From Candidatus Saccharimonadaceae bacterium (GTDB taxonomy: Bacteria; Patescibacteriota; Saccharimonadia; Saccharimonadales; Saccharimonadaceae), in the NCBI GenBank assembly GCA_039809125.1, contig JBDHUM010000001.1:14711-78710 (forward strand): a stretch of DNA of 64,000 nt, given 5' to 3'. This document shows, piece after piece, positions 28,991 to 39,575 of the stretch; the first letter of the stretch is position 1; every line of letters begins with the position of its first letter. The position numbers and the translations under genes were made by a program. The notes below the pieces were generated by a model. The model saw only the letters and a list, made by a program, of their open reading frames with translations. It did no database searches and had not been told where the DNA came from.

Positions 28991-29953
28991 ATGAAAATTT
29001 TATCGATCGGTGCGGCTGTTCAAGATGTTTTTTTGAGTCAGAGTGAAGAGTTTGTCGCAGTGTGTGAAAACCCGCACGACTGCTTTTTAAAGCTTGAACT
29101 AGGTGCTAAAGCTGATGTGAATAGGATTAATTTTTGTACTGGTGGCGGTGCTACAAACGCAGCGGTTACTTTTGCGAGGCAAGGCATATCAGCAGAATTT
29201 ATGGGTTCGGTCGGTGATGATCCGGCAGCACATGCTGTACTAGCCGACCTCGACCGCGAGGGTGTGAACACGAGTCACGTAACAGTTTCAAAGAGATATA
29301 ACACTGGCTACTCAGTACTCCTACTTGCAACCAACGGTGAGCGCACAATCTTAACGTATCGTGGTGCGAGTACTCACTATAAGTTAAATGATTTTGATTT
29401 TTCTAACGTCGATGCCGATTGGCTTTATATATCGAGCATGTCTGGAAAAATGGATGTGGTTGATCAAGTATTTTCAGAAGCAAAGCAGCAAGGCATGAAA
29501 ATCATGTTCAATCCAGGCAAGGGAGAGCTTAGGCAAATGGATAAATTGAAGCCGCTGCTTGATGATGTTGACGTGCTACTCGTTAATAGGGAAGAAATGA
29601 AGATGATCGTAGAGGGTGAGGAAATTGAGGAATTAGTGATGCATGGCTTACATTTAGTACCAGTGGTGATTGTTAGCGACGGGCCCAACGGTGTTGCTGC
29701 TAGCGATGGCAAGACGATGGTACGAGCCGGTATGTATGAAGACGTCAAGGTCATTGATCGTACCGGAGCTGGAGATGCTTTCGGATCAGGTTTTTTAAGT
29801 CAATTTGCTCAAGGAAAGAGTTTAAAAAAATCGATTATTTTTGCTAGTGCTAACTCAACATCTGTAGTGACAAAAATAGGGGCAAAAACGGCCATCTTAC
29901 ATAAAGATGTTGTACTACACGATATGCCGATCGACGAAAAGAAAGTGAGGTGA
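28991..29953 (+). CDS. PfkB-family carbohydrate kinase
   Basis: 'KILSIGAAVQD', 'GGGATNAA' and the C-terminal 'DRTGAGDAFGSGF'. ATG 28991 lies directly after the fba stop, so I prefer it over 28958. Confidence 0.8.
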   Translation: MKILSIGAAVQDVFLSQSEEFVAVCENPHDCFLKLELGAKADVNRINFCTGGGATNAAVTFARQGISAEFMGSVGDDPAAHAVLADLDREGVNTSHVTVSKRYNTGYSVLLLATNGERTILTYRGASTHYKLNDFDFSNVDADWLYISSMSGKMDVVDQVFSEAKQQGMKIMFNPGKGELRQMDKLKPLLDDVDVLLVNREEMKMIVEGEEIEELVMHGLHLVPVVIVSDGPNGVAASDGKTMVRAGMYEDVKVIDRTGAGDAFGSGFLSQFAQGKSLKKSIIFASANSTSVVTKIGAKTAILHKDVVLHDMPIDEKKVR

Positions 29954-29960
29954 ATACACG

Positions 29961-31523
29961 ATGACGCGGCTGGCAGATCTTCTTGGCCATAACCATCCCT
30001 TATTTGCTTACAACTTAGCGCAGCTTGAAAAAGCTAGTGGAAACAGCGGCATCGATGTACGATTGTTAGCTGATAGCAACGAACGCGCCCATCGGGTAAT
30101 ACGAGCACTTGGTCTTGATAGTTCAAACACGTTGGCCATTGAACTGTATCAAGCATTAAATACCGCGGTGAGTCGCGGAGAAGCCGAGCAGCTACTCGCG
30201 AGTAGCTCCTTTGTTATTGCCATGCTAGGAAGTCAACCGATTTCGCTTAACCTACAAGATGTTATCGAAAATGCTCATCATCAGCTTTCATTTGACGAGC
30301 GGATGCTCGAAGGTGCCCGTAGACACTTACGCGCTGAAATTGTTAAACGATATGCAGTGCACGATCGAACCTCGCGAAAAATGGTTGAAAGGCTGGCCGA
30401 CGAAGCAGGACTTCGGCCAGTGAGAGATGTAGGTCATCCGACTATTAAAGTTTCCACCAAGAAAGCGGACTTGTCACCGATAGTTTCAGACAAACAGACA
30501 GATAGTAATGGGTTAACAGAGCAATCTAAGAACACTCCGTATATTTTGTGTGTCGGTGATATTATTACTGATGCATTTATTAAACTCTCCGAGAACCACG
30601 CGGAGGTCAAAACTGACGAAAAGGGCTATAAGCGACTGAGTTTCGAGTTAGGCGCAAAGCTTCCTTATGATAGCGTAGACATTGTCGAAGCAGTCGAGTG
30701 TAGTCCAAATGCTGCGGTGTCAATGTCGCGATTAGGGCTCAACACCGGACTCATATCTTGGCTGGGTGATGATGAGCCAGGTAAGGGTATGGTTGAATAC
30801 TTAAAGACACAGCATGTAGCCGTTGACAATCTTGTCATTGAATCGGGTATGAAATCAAATTATCATTACGTTCTGCGCTACGGTGCTGACCGAACAAAGC
30901 TGCAGCGGTTTGAAGACTATTCGTATCAGTGGCATGAACCAGCACGAACTCCAGAGTGGCTTTACCTAGGGGTGTTGGGCGAAAAAACGTGGCCTCTTCA
31001 CGAGGCGCTGCTTGGGTATCTTGATGATAATCCCCGAATAAAACTAGCATTTCAGCCTGGTATGTACCATTTGATGTGGGGTACCGAAAAAATGGCATCT
31101 TTTTATAAGCGTGCTGAAATAGTAATTATGAACCGTGAAGAAGCGGCCGAAGTGACGGGTAAAGATCGGGGCGATGTGCCACTCCTGATTCAAAGTCTCC
31201 ATGATCTCGGTGTGACTTTGGCAATTGTAACTGATGGTGCTGATGGTGCTTACGCTTCTGATGGCAGTCGGCTACTATTTATGCCAAACTATCCCGATCC
31301 TGCGCCACCGTTCGATCGTACAGGTGCAGGTGATGCATTCGCCTCGACAATCACGGCTGCTTTAGCGCTTGGAGAGTCGCTTGAAACAGCTCTTTTATGG
31401 GCACCAATTAACAGCATGAATGTTGTACAAAAATTAGGCGCACAGGCTGGTTTACAGACTCGCGCTGAAATTGAAAATTGGCTCAAAAAAGCTTCGAGTG
31501 ACTACAAACCAAAACAGCTGTAG
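29961..31523 (+). CDS. PfkB-family carbohydrate kinase with a ~190-aa N-terminal domain of unknown function
   Basis: The kinase part starts near 'YILCVGDIITDAF' and carries 'DRTGAGDAFAST'. I recognise no motif in residues 1-190. Confidence 0.75.
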   Translation: MTRLADLLGHNHPLFAYNLAQLEKASGNSGIDVRLLADSNERAHRVIRALGLDSSNTLAIELYQALNTAVSRGEAEQLLASSSFVIAMLGSQPISLNLQDVIENAHHQLSFDERMLEGARRHLRAEIVKRYAVHDRTSRKMVERLADEAGLRPVRDVGHPTIKVSTKKADLSPIVSDKQTDSNGLTEQSKNTPYILCVGDIITDAFIKLSENHAEVKTDEKGYKRLSFELGAKLPYDSVDIVEAVECSPNAAVSMSRLGLNTGLISWLGDDEPGKGMVEYLKTQHVAVDNLVIESGMKSNYHYVLRYGADRTKLQRFEDYSYQWHEPARTPEWLYLGVLGEKTWPLHEALLGYLDDNPRIKLAFQPGMYHLMWGTEKMASFYKRAEIVIMNREEAAEVTGKDRGDVPLLIQSLHDLGVTLAIVTDGADGAYASDGSRLLFMPNYPDPAPPFDRTGAGDAFASTITAALALGESLETALLWAPINSMNVVQKLGAQAGLQTRAEIENWLKKASSDYKPKQL

Positions 31524-32297
31524 CTAACTGGTTTGCTCGAGCGTTGCCGCTTTAAGTTCGTCAACTGCTGCAGATACTGTGGCGATATCATGATCGCAAT
31601 AGGCGTCATTTGCCTCGACCAGATTGATGATCTCTTCTAGTTTGTCAGTAATGGTATACAGCTCCGTGTCTTCTTTTAAAACATAATCTTTTTCAAGTAG
31701 ATTTTCCTTCACGAACTGATCAAACTTAGACCAAAAGCTTGAACCAACCAAAATAATAGGGGCTTTAGCAGTTTTACCTGTTTGCACTAGAGTTAGGATT
31801 TCGGTTAATTCGTCAAGAGTACCGAAGCCGCCTGGAAAATAAATATAGGCGTTTGCAAAAAGTGTCATGACGATTTTTCGTGGAGCGAAGTGAGCAAATT
31901 CATAGGATTCTGTCACATACGAATTAAGAGCTTGCTCGTGCGGTAATTTTATATTGAAGCCGATAGACTCACCGCCCGCTTTACGAGCACCTTTTTGCAC
32001 AGCGATATTTGCGCCTTGATTAGCTGCGCTCATAATACCATAACCGCCGCCAGAAACAATAGCGTACCCAAGGGTAGCTAGACGCAGAGACAGTTCTTTA
32101 GCGAGCACATAGTATGGGTCCTCGTCTTTCATGCGAGCTGAACCAAAGATAGTTACAGTTTTGTGATATTTACGCAAGATATTGTATCCAGCCTGAATTT
32201 CAGCATCAACTTCACCAAGGCGAATCATAGCCGCCTGCATCATAATATCTCGAGGAATACAAGTTGATTTTATATCTGCTTTTGGTTTTGGCTGCAT
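31524..32297 (-). CDS. LOG-family (TIGR00730) nucleotide phosphoribohydrolase
   Basis: 'GGGYGIMSAANQGA' and 'PGGFGTLDEL'. Confidence 0.85.
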   Translation of the reverse strand: MQPKPKADIKSTCIPRDIMMQAAMIRLGEVDAEIQAGYNILRKYHKTVTIFGSARMKDEDPYYVLAKELSLRLATLGYAIVSGGGYGIMSAANQGANIAVQKGARKAGGESIGFNIKLPHEQALNSYVTESYEFAHFAPRKIVMTLFANAYIYFPGGFGTLDELTEILTLVQTGKTAKAPIILVGSSFWSKFDQFVKENLLEKDYVLKEDTELYTITDKLEEIINLVEANDAYCDHDIATVSAAVDELKAATLEQTS

Positions 32298-32390
32298 TTT
32301 GTATGATTATACCAAAAACAGTAGCAGAATACAATGTTGAGTACTCGATCTATCGGCGAGGAGATGAGCAGTACGCTATACTATAAAGGT

Positions 32391-34367
32391 ATGACTAAAT
32401 TTAAATTAATGTCTAACTATCGACCAACTGGTGATCAACCAACGGCAATTGCTGCACTTCTCGATGGGCTACGGACAAATCAACGCGAACAGACACTACT
32501 TGGTGTTACGGGCAGTGGAAAAACATTTACGATGGCGAATATTATCCAGAAAACTAACGTGCCGACACTAGTATTGGCGCATAACAAAACGTTGGCAGCG
32601 CAGCTTTTTAGCGAATTTAAAGCTTTTTTTCCTGATAATGAAGTACACTATTTTGTTAGTTACTTTGACTATTATCAACCAGAGGCATATATCGCCAGTA
32701 GTGATACCTATATTGAAAAAGATTCGAAAATCAATGAGGAGATTGACCGCTTACGACACGCGGCAACTTCTGCATTGCTAACCAGACGCGATGTAATTAT
32801 TGTAGCCAGTGTTAGCTGTATCTATGGAATTGGCTCACCCGAAAGCTACGAAACGATGTCGATTACCGTCACTAAGGGTGAGCGGAGGCAGCAAGACAAG
32901 TTTTTACGTCAACTGACGGATATTCAGTATCAGCGAAACGATATTGATTTTCATCGCGGGACATTTCGGGTAAAAGGTGATGTGGTAGATGTTTTTCCAG
33001 CAGGTCAGGATAAAGCATATCGGGTTGAGTTTTTTGACGATGAGATTGATCGTATCACAGCAATCGATAGTCTAACTGGTGAAATTATTGCTGAGCCAGC
33101 CTCAGTTCATATTTTTCCAAGTAGTCACTATGTCACACCAAAAGATAAGCTGAGTGTTGCAATTGAAGGTATAAAAAAGGAATTTGACGAACGCGTGACA
33201 TGGTTTGAATCGCATGATAAGTTACTAGAGGCTCAAAGGCTGGCGCAACGTACAAAATATGATATTGAAATGCTTGAAGAAACGGGATTTGTCAAAGGTA
33301 TTGAAAACTATTCACGTTACTTAACAAATCGTGAACCTGGCGAACAACCAGCAACGTTGATCGACTATTTTCCTGATGACTGGCTATTGTTTGTCGATGA
33401 AAGTCATGTGACGCTGCCCCAGGTTCGCGGGATGTATAACGGCGATCGAGCGCGTAAAGAAATATTGGTCGAACATGGGTTTCGTTTGCCAAGTGCGCTT
33501 GATAATCGACCATTAAGGTTTGACGAGTTTGATCGTCACATTAATAATGTCATCTATGTATCGGCTACTCCAGGCGAGTATGAGCTGGCGCATAGCCCAA
33601 AGCCAATCGAGCAAGTAATTCGGCCAACCGGTTTACTTGATCCACCAATTGAAGTTCGGCCAAGCGACGATCAAGTTGATGATTTGATTGCCGAGATACG
33701 CGATCGTACCGAAAAAGGCCAGCGTGTGTTGGTGACGACTTTGACTAAACGAATGGCGGAAGATCTTAGCGCCCATTTGCAAGAGCTTGAAATTAAAACA
33801 GCGTATATTCATAGTGAAATAGATACGTTGGAACGCGGTGATATATTACGCGATTTAAGAATCGGTGTTTACGATGTATTGGTCGGTATTAATTTGTTGC
33901 GAGAAGGGCTTGACCTACCGGAAGTAAGTCTAGTGGCGATAATCGATGCCGACAAAGAAGGCTTTTTACGGAGTGAGCAATCACTAATTCAAACGATAGG
34001 TCGAGCAGCAAGACATCAGGATGGTCGGGTAATTATGTATGCTGATAATGTTACCCGCTCAATGCAAGCAGCAATGGATGAAACAAATCGGCGCCGCTCG
34101 ATTCAACAAAGGTATAACGACGAGCATGGTATCACCCCAACAACTATCGCAAAAGCGATTGATGAAGGGTTAAGAGCCATTATTCCGGTTAAAGATTCCG
34201 ATCTACCTAAATTGAATCTAAATAAAATCCCGAAGGACGAATACGACAGCCTTGTGAGTGATTTGAGTGCACAAATGGAGTTAGCAAGTGCCAACCTTGA
34301 ATTTGAGAAGGCGGCTGAGCTACGCGATATGATCGCAGAAATTCGTGACAAGCAAAAGTTGACATGA
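32391..34367 (+). CDS. uvrB: excinuclease ABC subunit B
   Basis: '[17 protein letters not shown]' aligns with the E. coli UvrB N-terminus. '[10 protein letters not shown]' and a C-terminal UVR motif 'FEKAAELRD' are present. I prefer start 32391 over 32334. Confidence 0.95.
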   Translation: MTKFKLMSNYRPTGDQPTAIAALLDGLRTNQREQTLLGVTGSGKTFTMANIIQKTNVPTLVLAHNKTLAAQLFSEFKAFFPDNEVHYFVSYFDYYQPEAYIASSDTYIEKDSKINEEIDRLRHAATSALLTRRDVIIVASVSCIYGIGSPESYETMSITVTKGERRQQDKFLRQLTDIQYQRNDIDFHRGTFRVKGDVVDVFPAGQDKAYRVEFFDDEIDRITAIDSLTGEIIAEPASVHIFPSSHYVTPKDKLSVAIEGIKKEFDERVTWFESHDKLLEAQRLAQRTKYDIEMLEETGFVKGIENYSRYLTNREPGEQPATLIDYFPDDWLLFVDESHVTLPQVRGMYNGDRARKEILVEHGFRLPSALDNRPLRFDEFDRHINNVIYVSATPGEYELAHSPKPIEQVIRPTGLLDPPIEVRPSDDQVDDLIAEIRDRTEKGQRVLVTTLTKRMAEDLSAHLQELEIKTAYIHSEIDTLERGDILRDLRIGVYDVLVGINLLREGLDLPEVSLVAIIDADKEGFLRSEQSLIQTIGRAARHQDGRVIMYADNVTRSMQAAMDETNRRRSIQQRYNDEHGITPTTIAKAIDEGLRAIIPVKDSDLPKLNLNKIPKDEYDSLVSDLSAQMELASANLEFEKAAELRDMIAEIRDKQKLT

Positions 34368-34399
34368 TATAGTGGCAACATAACCTTAAGGAGTAATCT

Positions 34400-35401
34400 A
34401 TGGATAAGCCTAAACCAGAACAGACAACACACATTCAAACGAACACACCCTCAGCAACGGTGGTGCAGGCTAAGACAAATAATAGTAGACTCGGCTTTTT
34501 GGAGCGTACAGGCATTTATTCGCTCGAAATGACAGTTGCCATGATCACAATGATGATTATAGCTTCGGTGTTGTCGGTAGGGGCATTTGCACTAGGCAAG
34601 TATTTATCGGGTTCGGTCGGAGCAACAATGGGTAACTTTGCTCTTTGGAGTGCTGCTAGCACTGCCGTGTGGCTTCCAATTGCGTTCATCTTTTACCGGC
34701 GTGCGAGCGCTTATATGGAGCGCAACCCAGCCATCGTTGACAATCAAGTTCAGCGTGCATTCGTGGTCATTTACCAAGTAGTGATGCTGTTGACTGCGAT
34801 AAGTTTTGCATTTACGGCTGTTTATTCACTACTGCATGCCTTTGTGCAGGAGCAAGATATGGGCAAAACACTTGCATCAACGTCGCTTCCGGCATTTATA
34901 TCTGCATTAGTCTTCGGCGGAGCCTTTGTTGCGTTCTTTAGAAAGCCAGTTATTGCGCGTCGTACGTTTGCAAACCTAATGTTAGTTGTGTCGCTTTTGA
35001 TCATTATTCCGGTAATTGTGTTTAGTATGATCGTGCTTCGGGATATTAATAGCGATGAACGTCGTTCACGCGATTTGGTAAATATTCAGGCCGACGTAGA
35101 GGGGTACTTCCGTTCTAATAACGAGAATCTGCCTGATTCGCTTGATGCGGTTAAAAGCAGCGATAGCGGACTTAATATCGACGGAAATGTCAGTGATTAC
35201 ACCTACAACAAGAAGACTCCAATTAGCTATGAACTATGTACCAACTTCAAGAACGACAATCAAAAAAGTGTCGGTCGATACGATACCCGCTACTATAAGC
35301 ACAAAAAGGGTGAGACATGCTATACAAACGAAGTATACAAATACAAAACTCCATCGCCAATGCCTTACAGGCTTGACTCAGATAGCTCAAGTGACTTGTA
35401 G
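34400..35401 (+). CDS. hypothetical polytopic membrane protein with a C-terminal soluble domain
   Basis: About six TM helices, then a ~110-aa tail ('NLPDSLDAV...YELCTNF') that is vaguely pilin-C-terminus-like. AAGGAG lies upstream. Confidence 0.5.
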   Translation: MDKPKPEQTTHIQTNTPSATVVQAKTNNSRLGFLERTGIYSLEMTVAMITMMIIASVLSVGAFALGKYLSGSVGATMGNFALWSAASTAVWLPIAFIFYRRASAYMERNPAIVDNQVQRAFVVIYQVVMLLTAISFAFTAVYSLLHAFVQEQDMGKTLASTSLPAFISALVFGGAFVAFFRKPVIARRTFANLMLVVSLLIIIPVIVFSMIVLRDINSDERRSRDLVNIQADVEGYFRSNNENLPDSLDAVKSSDSGLNIDGNVSDYTYNKKTPISYELCTNFKNDNQKSVGRYDTRYYKHKKGETCYTNEVYKYKTPSPMPYRLDSDSSSDL

Positions 35402-35435
35402 AGGAATGCCTCACTTCACATTAGCCCGCTCAATC

Positions 35436-35444
35436 TGGTATAGT
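35436..35444 (+). promoter_or_regulatory. extended -10 TGgTATAGT 7 nt before the gatC ATG
   Basis: Coordinates read directly from the sequence. No SD sequence. Confidence 0.55.
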
Positions 35445-35451
35445 AGATGCA

Positions 35452-35742
35452 ATGGTTGCAATTACAAACGACGACGTAAAACGGCTGGCTGATTTAAGCG
35501 CCCTGACACTTTCAGATAAAGAGACCGAAGCGTTAAGGATTGACATAGCGAATATCATTGGCTACATTGAACAGCTTAAAGAGCTTGAGACAGCGGGCGT
35601 TGAGCCGAGCTACCAGGTCACTGGTTTGTCAAATGTGTGGCGTGATGATGAAATCAGTGAAGACAGCGTACACTATACTGAGTTAGTAAAACTAGCCCCC
35701 GCAAGCGAGCTAGGCCAGGTGAAGGTACCAAAGGTTCTGTAG
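35452..35742 (+). CDS. gatC: Asp/Glu-tRNA amidotransferase subunit C
   Basis: 96 aa with 'VKRLADLSALTLSDKE', followed by gatA. Confidence 0.9.
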   Translation: MVAITNDDVKRLADLSALTLSDKETEALRIDIANIIGYIEQLKELETAGVEPSYQVTGLSNVWRDDEISEDSVHYTELVKLAPASELGQVKVPKVL

Positions 35743-37151
35743 TGACAAATTCTATTATTCAAATTGTCACAGCAGTTCGCGATGGCTCGAAAACCGCTCT
35801 TGAACATGTGGAAGAAGCATTTGTGCGTGCTAGTGCAAACAATCAGCATCATGCCCTCCTCAGCTTTACTAAAGAACGAGCTATTCGGCGAGCCAAGGAG
35901 ATTGATGATAAAGTAAGGCTAAAGCAGCCGATAGGTAAGCTGACCGGAGTGCCTTTTGTTGTCAAAGATAACTTTTTGGCATTTGGCGCACCAACGACTG
36001 CAGCCAGCAAAATATTGGAGAATTTTCAAGCCCCGCTTCAGGCAACGGCTGTTGAAAAACTTGAAGCCGAGGGTGCAATTTGTATCGGTAAGGCTAACCT
36101 TGATGCATTTGCTCATGGCAGCAGTACTGAGAACTCTGCATTTGGCACTACCAGAAATGCCTTTGATGAACAACGTGTAGCTGGGGGTTCATCGGGTGGT
36201 TCAGCTGTGGTTACAGCTCTTGATATTGTACCATTTGCACTGGGTAGCGATACGGGTGGATCGATTCGCCAACCAGCAAGCTTCAATGGTGTTTATGGTA
36301 TGAAGCCAACATATGGCATGGTAAGCCGTTACGGTGTCGTGGCAATGGCAAGCAGTACCGATACCATCGGCTGTTTTGCTAAGACTGCCGATGAAACCGC
36401 TCTTGTAATGTCAATTATGGCGGGTATCGATAAAAAAGATATGACAACCATTGACGCTACAATTGATCTGCCGCTTACCGAAGTCAAACCACTAACAGTA
36501 GGTGTGCTTGACGACACTCTCACTGATAATGTATCGCCCGATGTACTCAAAACAGTAAATTATTACATTGAAAGACTCGAGACAGCGGGACACACTATCA
36601 AACACGTCACTTTACCAATTGCAAAGTACGCTCTTGCTATCTACTACATTGTTGTACCAGCTGAAATAAGCAGCAACTTAGCTCGCTACGATGGTATTCG
36701 CTATGGTTATCGAAACACTGCTGCAACTACATTGGCAGAGCTATACGGTCGTTCTCGTAACGATGGTTTCATGACCGAAAATAAGCGTCGGATCATGATT
36801 GGAAGCTATGTATTGAGTAGCGGATTTTACGACGCATACTATCAACAAGCGCAAAAAGCACGCACACTACTTATTAAAGCTTACGACAAACTCTTTGAAG
36901 CCTGCGATGTGCTCGTATGTCCAGTTGCGCCAACTACTGCGTTTAAAATCGGCGAAAACGAAGGAAACCCTATCAAAATGTACCTAAGTGACATCATGAC
37001 TGTGCCACCTAGTCTCGCTGGACTACCCGCATTGAGCGTTCCTGTTGGATTTGATAGCGACGGATTACCGATCGGTGTGCAATTAATTGGACGGCAGCGT
37101 AGTGACAGTCAGCTTTTGTCTTTAGCAAAAGCGATGGAGGCTCGTCTATGA
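35742..37151 (+). CDS. gatA: Asp/Glu-tRNA amidotransferase subunit A
   Basis: Amidase signature 'GGSSGGSA...GSDTGGSIRQPA'. GTG start overlaps the gatC stop by 1 nt. Confidence 0.95.
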   Translation: MTNSIIQIVTAVRDGSKTALEHVEEAFVRASANNQHHALLSFTKERAIRRAKEIDDKVRLKQPIGKLTGVPFVVKDNFLAFGAPTTAASKILENFQAPLQATAVEKLEAEGAICIGKANLDAFAHGSSTENSAFGTTRNAFDEQRVAGGSSGGSAVVTALDIVPFALGSDTGGSIRQPASFNGVYGMKPTYGMVSRYGVVAMASSTDTIGCFAKTADETALVMSIMAGIDKKDMTTIDATIDLPLTEVKPLTVGVLDDTLTDNVSPDVLKTVNYYIERLETAGHTIKHVTLPIAKYALAIYYIVVPAEISSNLARYDGIRYGYRNTAATTLAELYGRSRNDGFMTENKRRIMIGSYVLSSGFYDAYYQQAQKARTLLIKAYDKLFEACDVLVCPVAPTTAFKIGENEGNPIKMYLSDIMTVPPSLAGLPALSVPVGFDSDGLPIGVQLIGRQRSDSQLLSLAKAMEARL

Positions 37152-37564
37152 CGGAAATAAGTATATTTTTAGGCGCTGCAGCAGTAGTTATTTTAGGAAT
37201 ATTCGTACTGATCCTAGTTACAAGAAAGGCAGCTAGACCACTTGATAAACAGCGCTATCAAAGTCGATGGATGGCCGTAGAGTCACGTCTCGTAAAGGAC
37301 CAGCCAGCCAGTTATCAATTGGCGATTCTTGAAGCTGATAAGCTTGTCGATTTTGCACTGAAAGATCGAGGAATTCGCGGCAAGACGATGGGGGAGCGAA
37401 TGAAGAACGCCCAAGGTACGTGGTCGAATGCTAACCGAGTGTGGACGGCTCATAAGTTGCGCAACCAAATTGCCCACGAGACTGACATGCAAGTTAGTTT
37501 TGATACTGCCGGACGGGCTCTGAAGGCTTTTCGCGAAGCACTAAAGGATTTGGGGGCAATCTAG
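37148..37564 (+). CDS. hypothetical membrane-anchored protein inserted between gatA and gatB
   Basis: 138 aa: an N-terminal TM helix and a helical soluble domain with 'AHKLRNQIAHE' (Rx4H). ATGA overlap with gatA. Its stop abuts the gatB ATG. Confidence 0.6.
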   Translation: MTEISIFLGAAAVVILGIFVLILVTRKAARPLDKQRYQSRWMAVESRLVKDQPASYQLAILEADKLVDFALKDRGIRGKTMGERMKNAQGTWSNANRVWTAHKLRNQIAHETDMQVSFDTAGRALKAFREALKDLGAI

Positions 37565-38998
37565 ATGACAGATTACCATAGCCAGTACAACATGACGATT
37601 GGTATTGAATGCCATGTGCAACTAGCGACAAAAACTAAGTTGTTCAGTCCAGCAGATAACGATGCTCGAGGTGCAGAACCAAACTCAAAAACACATCCGA
37701 TTGACTTCGGACTACCTGGCATGCTACCTGTTCTTAACAAAGAGGCGCTGCGTTTAGCGGTCCGTGCTGGTAAGGCGCTCAACACTGAGATTGCTCAAAC
37801 AAGCCGATTCGATCGAAAGCACTATTTTTATCCTGATTTACCAAATGGCTATCAGATTACACAGATGTATGAACCGATAATTCTATCCGGCTATGTCGAC
37901 GCGCCGCTCGATAGTGGTGAAACAATTCGCGTACGCATTCACCATGCACACATGGAGGCGGATGCTGGTAAGTTAACGCATTTTAGTAATTTTAGCTTGG
38001 TTGACCTCAATCGTGCCGGTACGCCGCTGATTGAAATTGTTTCCGAGCCAGACATTCATTCGAGTGAAGGCGCGCGGGCGTATGCAACTGAACTATATCG
38101 TTTGATGACATATGCCGGTATAACCCATGGCGATTTGTTTCATGGCAACATGCGTTTTGATGTTAATATTTCGATCGCGCCGAAAGGATCAAACGAGCTT
38201 GGTACGCGTGCTGAGATTAAAAACCTCAATAGCTTTCGTAGTGTTGAACGAGCAGCCGAGTACGAATTTAATCGCCAAGCAGAACTACTATCGCGTGGCG
38301 AACGGGTGGTCCAAGAAACCCGTGGCTGGAGTGACGATAGTGGTAAAACATCCTCGCAGCGAAGCAAAGAAAATGCTCAGGATTATCGCTACATGCCAGA
38401 TGCCGATATTCCGCCAATTATCTTAGTAAGAAAGCAAATTGAAGATATGCAGGCTAATATGCCGACACTACCGCCAGCCTATCGCAAAGAATGGGAGGGG
38501 CTAGGTGTTGATAAGTCGGTTATCAATCAAATACTTGCAGTTCGTGATCATGCTGAACTTGTTAGTGGTGTCCTGAAAGAAGGCGGTGTTCGCCCTGCGC
38601 GACGTACGGCTAACTGGATCGCTAGTAATCTGAGTGCAGAAAACGATGGCGAATTAAAAACAGCTGACGTGTCTGACATATTGGCACTTGCGGAAATGGT
38701 TGAAAAAAATGAAGTATCTTCAAACGGGGCAAGTGAATTATTTAACGAGCTGATGAACGGTGCAAATGATCCAAGAGCGCTTGCTGAGGCCAAGAGTCTT
38801 TTGCAAAACAGTGATACTGATGCGATTGGGGCGATTGTTGATAGCGTATTGGCTGATCCAGATAGCAAAAAAGCACTAGAAGATATAAAAAACGGTAACG
38901 AACGCGCGGTCGGCTACCTCGTTGGACAAGTGATGAAACAATCGAAAGGTCAGGCAAATCCAGCGCTAGCACAAATGATGATTCGAGAACGTTTATGA
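37565..38998 (+). CDS. gatB: Asp/Glu-tRNA amidotransferase subunit B
   Basis: 'IGIECHVQL', 'DFGLPGMLPVLN' and a C-terminal YqeY-like tail. Confidence 0.95.
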   Translation: MTDYHSQYNMTIGIECHVQLATKTKLFSPADNDARGAEPNSKTHPIDFGLPGMLPVLNKEALRLAVRAGKALNTEIAQTSRFDRKHYFYPDLPNGYQITQMYEPIILSGYVDAPLDSGETIRVRIHHAHMEADAGKLTHFSNFSLVDLNRAGTPLIEIVSEPDIHSSEGARAYATELYRLMTYAGITHGDLFHGNMRFDVNISIAPKGSNELGTRAEIKNLNSFRSVERAAEYEFNRQAELLSRGERVVQETRGWSDDSGKTSSQRSKENAQDYRYMPDADIPPIILVRKQIEDMQANMPTLPPAYRKEWEGLGVDKSVINQILAVRDHAELVSGVLKEGGVRPARRTANWIASNLSAENDGELKTADVSDILALAEMVEKNEVSSNGASELFNELMNGANDPRALAEAKSLLQNSDTDAIGAIVDSVLADPDSKKALEDIKNGNERAVGYLVGQVMKQSKGQANPALAQMMIRERL

Positions 38999-39549
38999 AA
39001 ACGTGGAAGCGCATCGGCGAACCTGTCGTTATACATGATGGCTGGCGTAAGATTTATCGCAAACGATTTATGCGCAACAACGGAGCAATTGTTGAGGCTG
39101 AGGTGATGGACAATAATCATCGTGCGGCTTGTGTGATTGCCCTAACGAAAGACAACAGGGTAATAATAGCTCGACAATTTCGCTGTGGTCCAGAAAAAGT
39201 TTTTGACGAACTGCCAGGTGGTGCGGTTGATAAAAACGAAGATCCGATGAATGCGGTAAAACGCGAACTAGAGGAAGAAACTGGTTATAATGCAGGTAAA
39301 ATTACCGAATTAGGAATTGCTCATAAGAACGCATGGCTTGACAAAACTTGGTATTACTATTTGGCAACCGGTTGCACCAAGAATAGCAAAGGTCAACAAC
39401 TCGATAGCTTCGAAGAGATTGAAGTCGATCTCATTAGTGTCGATCAACTAATCCAAAATGCTAAACAGGCAAAGATGACTGATCCGGATGCTGTTTTCTT
39501 CGCTTATGATGAGCTATTGAAAGTAAAGAAAATGGATGAAAGTGTATAA
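38995..39549 (+). CDS. NUDIX hydrolase
   Basis: Nudix box 'GGAVDKNEDPMNAVKRELEEETGY'. ATGA overlap with gatB. Confidence 0.85.
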   Translation: MKTWKRIGEPVVIHDGWRKIYRKRFMRNNGAIVEAEVMDNNHRAACVIALTKDNRVIIARQFRCGPEKVFDELPGGAVDKNEDPMNAVKRELEEETGYNAGKITELGIAHKNAWLDKTWYYYLATGCTKNSKGQQLDSFEEIEVDLISVDQLIQNAKQAKMTDPDAVFFAYDELLKVKKMDESV

Positions 39550-39575
39550 TTAAGACAGGAAAGGAAATAATTTTG

